Source: Octopus sinensis
Lineage: Eukaryota
Reading direction: 5' to 3'
Assembly: GCF_006345805.1 (NCBI RefSeq)
Contig: NC_043023.1
Span: 4,712,001 to 4,776,000, forward strand
Length of the DNA: 64,000 nucleotides
In this document: in pieces, positions 62,833-64,000 of the stretch
Position numbering within the stretch: the stretch's first letter is position 1
How the letters are laid out: every line of letters starts with the position of its first letter
Program-made: the position numbers and the translations under genes
Notes under the pieces: model-generated
What the model was told of the DNA's origin: nothing
Databases searched by the model: none
What the model saw: the letters and a program-made list of their open reading frames with translations, nothing else

Positions 62833-64000
62833 TGTAGGATGACGTCAGCAGCTGGGGAGCTGACCGGAACTTGGGGCTGACTGGAAGAGGAAAGGGCAGG
62901 AGTGACACGCGTGCAGGCAGGGGAGCATTGGGCCTTTTCGATCAGGGTAGCTGACAGAGCTGGACTTGTGAGCGCTTTGTCAAGAGAGGGGAAAAGCAGC
63001 TGCTATTTCTAGCGTTTGGGTCGGGCCACATGGAAGGGTGCGTTACCACTGGAGAGGTCTGCGTCGACGAAGAGAAGGTAGGTATCCTTATTTCAAATCT
63101 CCCGCATACACCACAAGCTATTTCGGCACTCCATATAAGACGTCACCACAATGGCCGATTGTCAGCGACGTTATCAGACCCTTGACTCTATATCTTGAGA
63201 TGAACGAAGAAGAACGTCTGAGCTAGGAGAAGATTGAGCAAAGTCTGAAAGACACTAACACCAAGTGTGATTGCACTGCCTTTGTTAAACTGGGCACGAT
63301 TAGATGGATGGGAGAACAGGTGGATGAGAACATGGCGGAAGTTCGAAGGTCAGTCACGCTGGCTTGGTTTACAGGAGAAGACCTGGAGAGAGCAGCGCGA
63401 CTGGTGTTCGTAAGTGGGTTCCCTGACGACATAGGGATGCGATTGCAACAATTGCCCGGGGGCAAAAATATGGCGCTGAGCGAACTTGTGACTCAAGTTC
63501 GCGAGATGACACGAAACATTGGACTGAAGGCGATAGCAATGGCGGTAACGGAGGCGCATAAAGATGGACGACGGCTGGAGAAAGACGCGAAGAAGCCTAC
63601 CATGCAACGACAGCGGCCATTCTCAAACCGGAGTTTTAGATGTCAGTGGTCACACATGGCGAGGGAGTGTACGCAACTGGGGCCCGTCTGCTATCGATAC
63701 AGGCAGACAGGGCACATCGCCCATGATTACGACCAGGGAAACGACTGTGGGGAAGTTGCTGCCTCTCAAGCTTTCCCTGCAAACAAGTAGAGGCGCTTTT
63801 GGAGACACTACCCTTAATTGATGTTGAGGCCGAGGGGAAGACGTTCAAGCCCCTCGTGGATACAGGTTGCACGACCACCCTTGTGACTTTAAGGGTGACG
63901 AAGAAATGGAATGGGTCTAGTAGCGTCCAAGCGGTCAACGGCCACGAAATCCGTTGCAAAGGCAGCAGCAAGGTAGAGATAGTGGTGCGAGGCGCGACGC
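62833..64000 (+). mobile_element. Second, younger copy of a related Gypsy element (LTR, gag, protease; runs off the window)
   Basis: LTR starts TGTAGGATGA, similar to the other LTR; gag 63308-63790 has degenerate CCHC motifs; protease LVDTGCTT. Confidence 0.75.

Overview
This is repeat-dominated animal genomic DNA, not prokaryotic, and there is no CRISPR array. The SINE set (a CORE-type tRNA-SINE in roughly 18 copies plus three other tRNA-head SINE families) and the long (TATG)n/(TA)n/(CA)n tracts point to an octopus or other cephalopod genome; this is inference from repeat content. Almost all ORFs in the supplied track are microsatellite read-throughs. The recognisable coding remnants are decayed transposons: two Tigger/pogo, five Tc1/mariner, RTE LINEs, an R4/Dong-like RLE LINE inside (CATA)n tracts, three Penelope-like (PLE) RT or GIY-YIG remnants, and two Gypsy LTR elements at the right end. 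A YY1/NRF1/ETS motif cluster at about 12.3 kb suggests a host promoter with a short candidate first exon on the minus strand. The main finding is a dense set of type I hammerhead ribozymes (HHR) from about seven distinct repeat families. Two of them form ORF-less tandem arrays: a ~595-nt unit at 17.7-19.7 kb and a ~350-nt unit at 36.6-37.5 kb. Each unit carries one hammerhead with a palindromic helix III, each array starts with an inverted copy, and both sit in (TA)n. This is the architecture expected of PLE-mobilised retrozymes that produce circular RNA. All folding was done by eye. Homopolymer differences between tandem copies suggest imperfect long-read consensus, so single-base calls need checking against reads.
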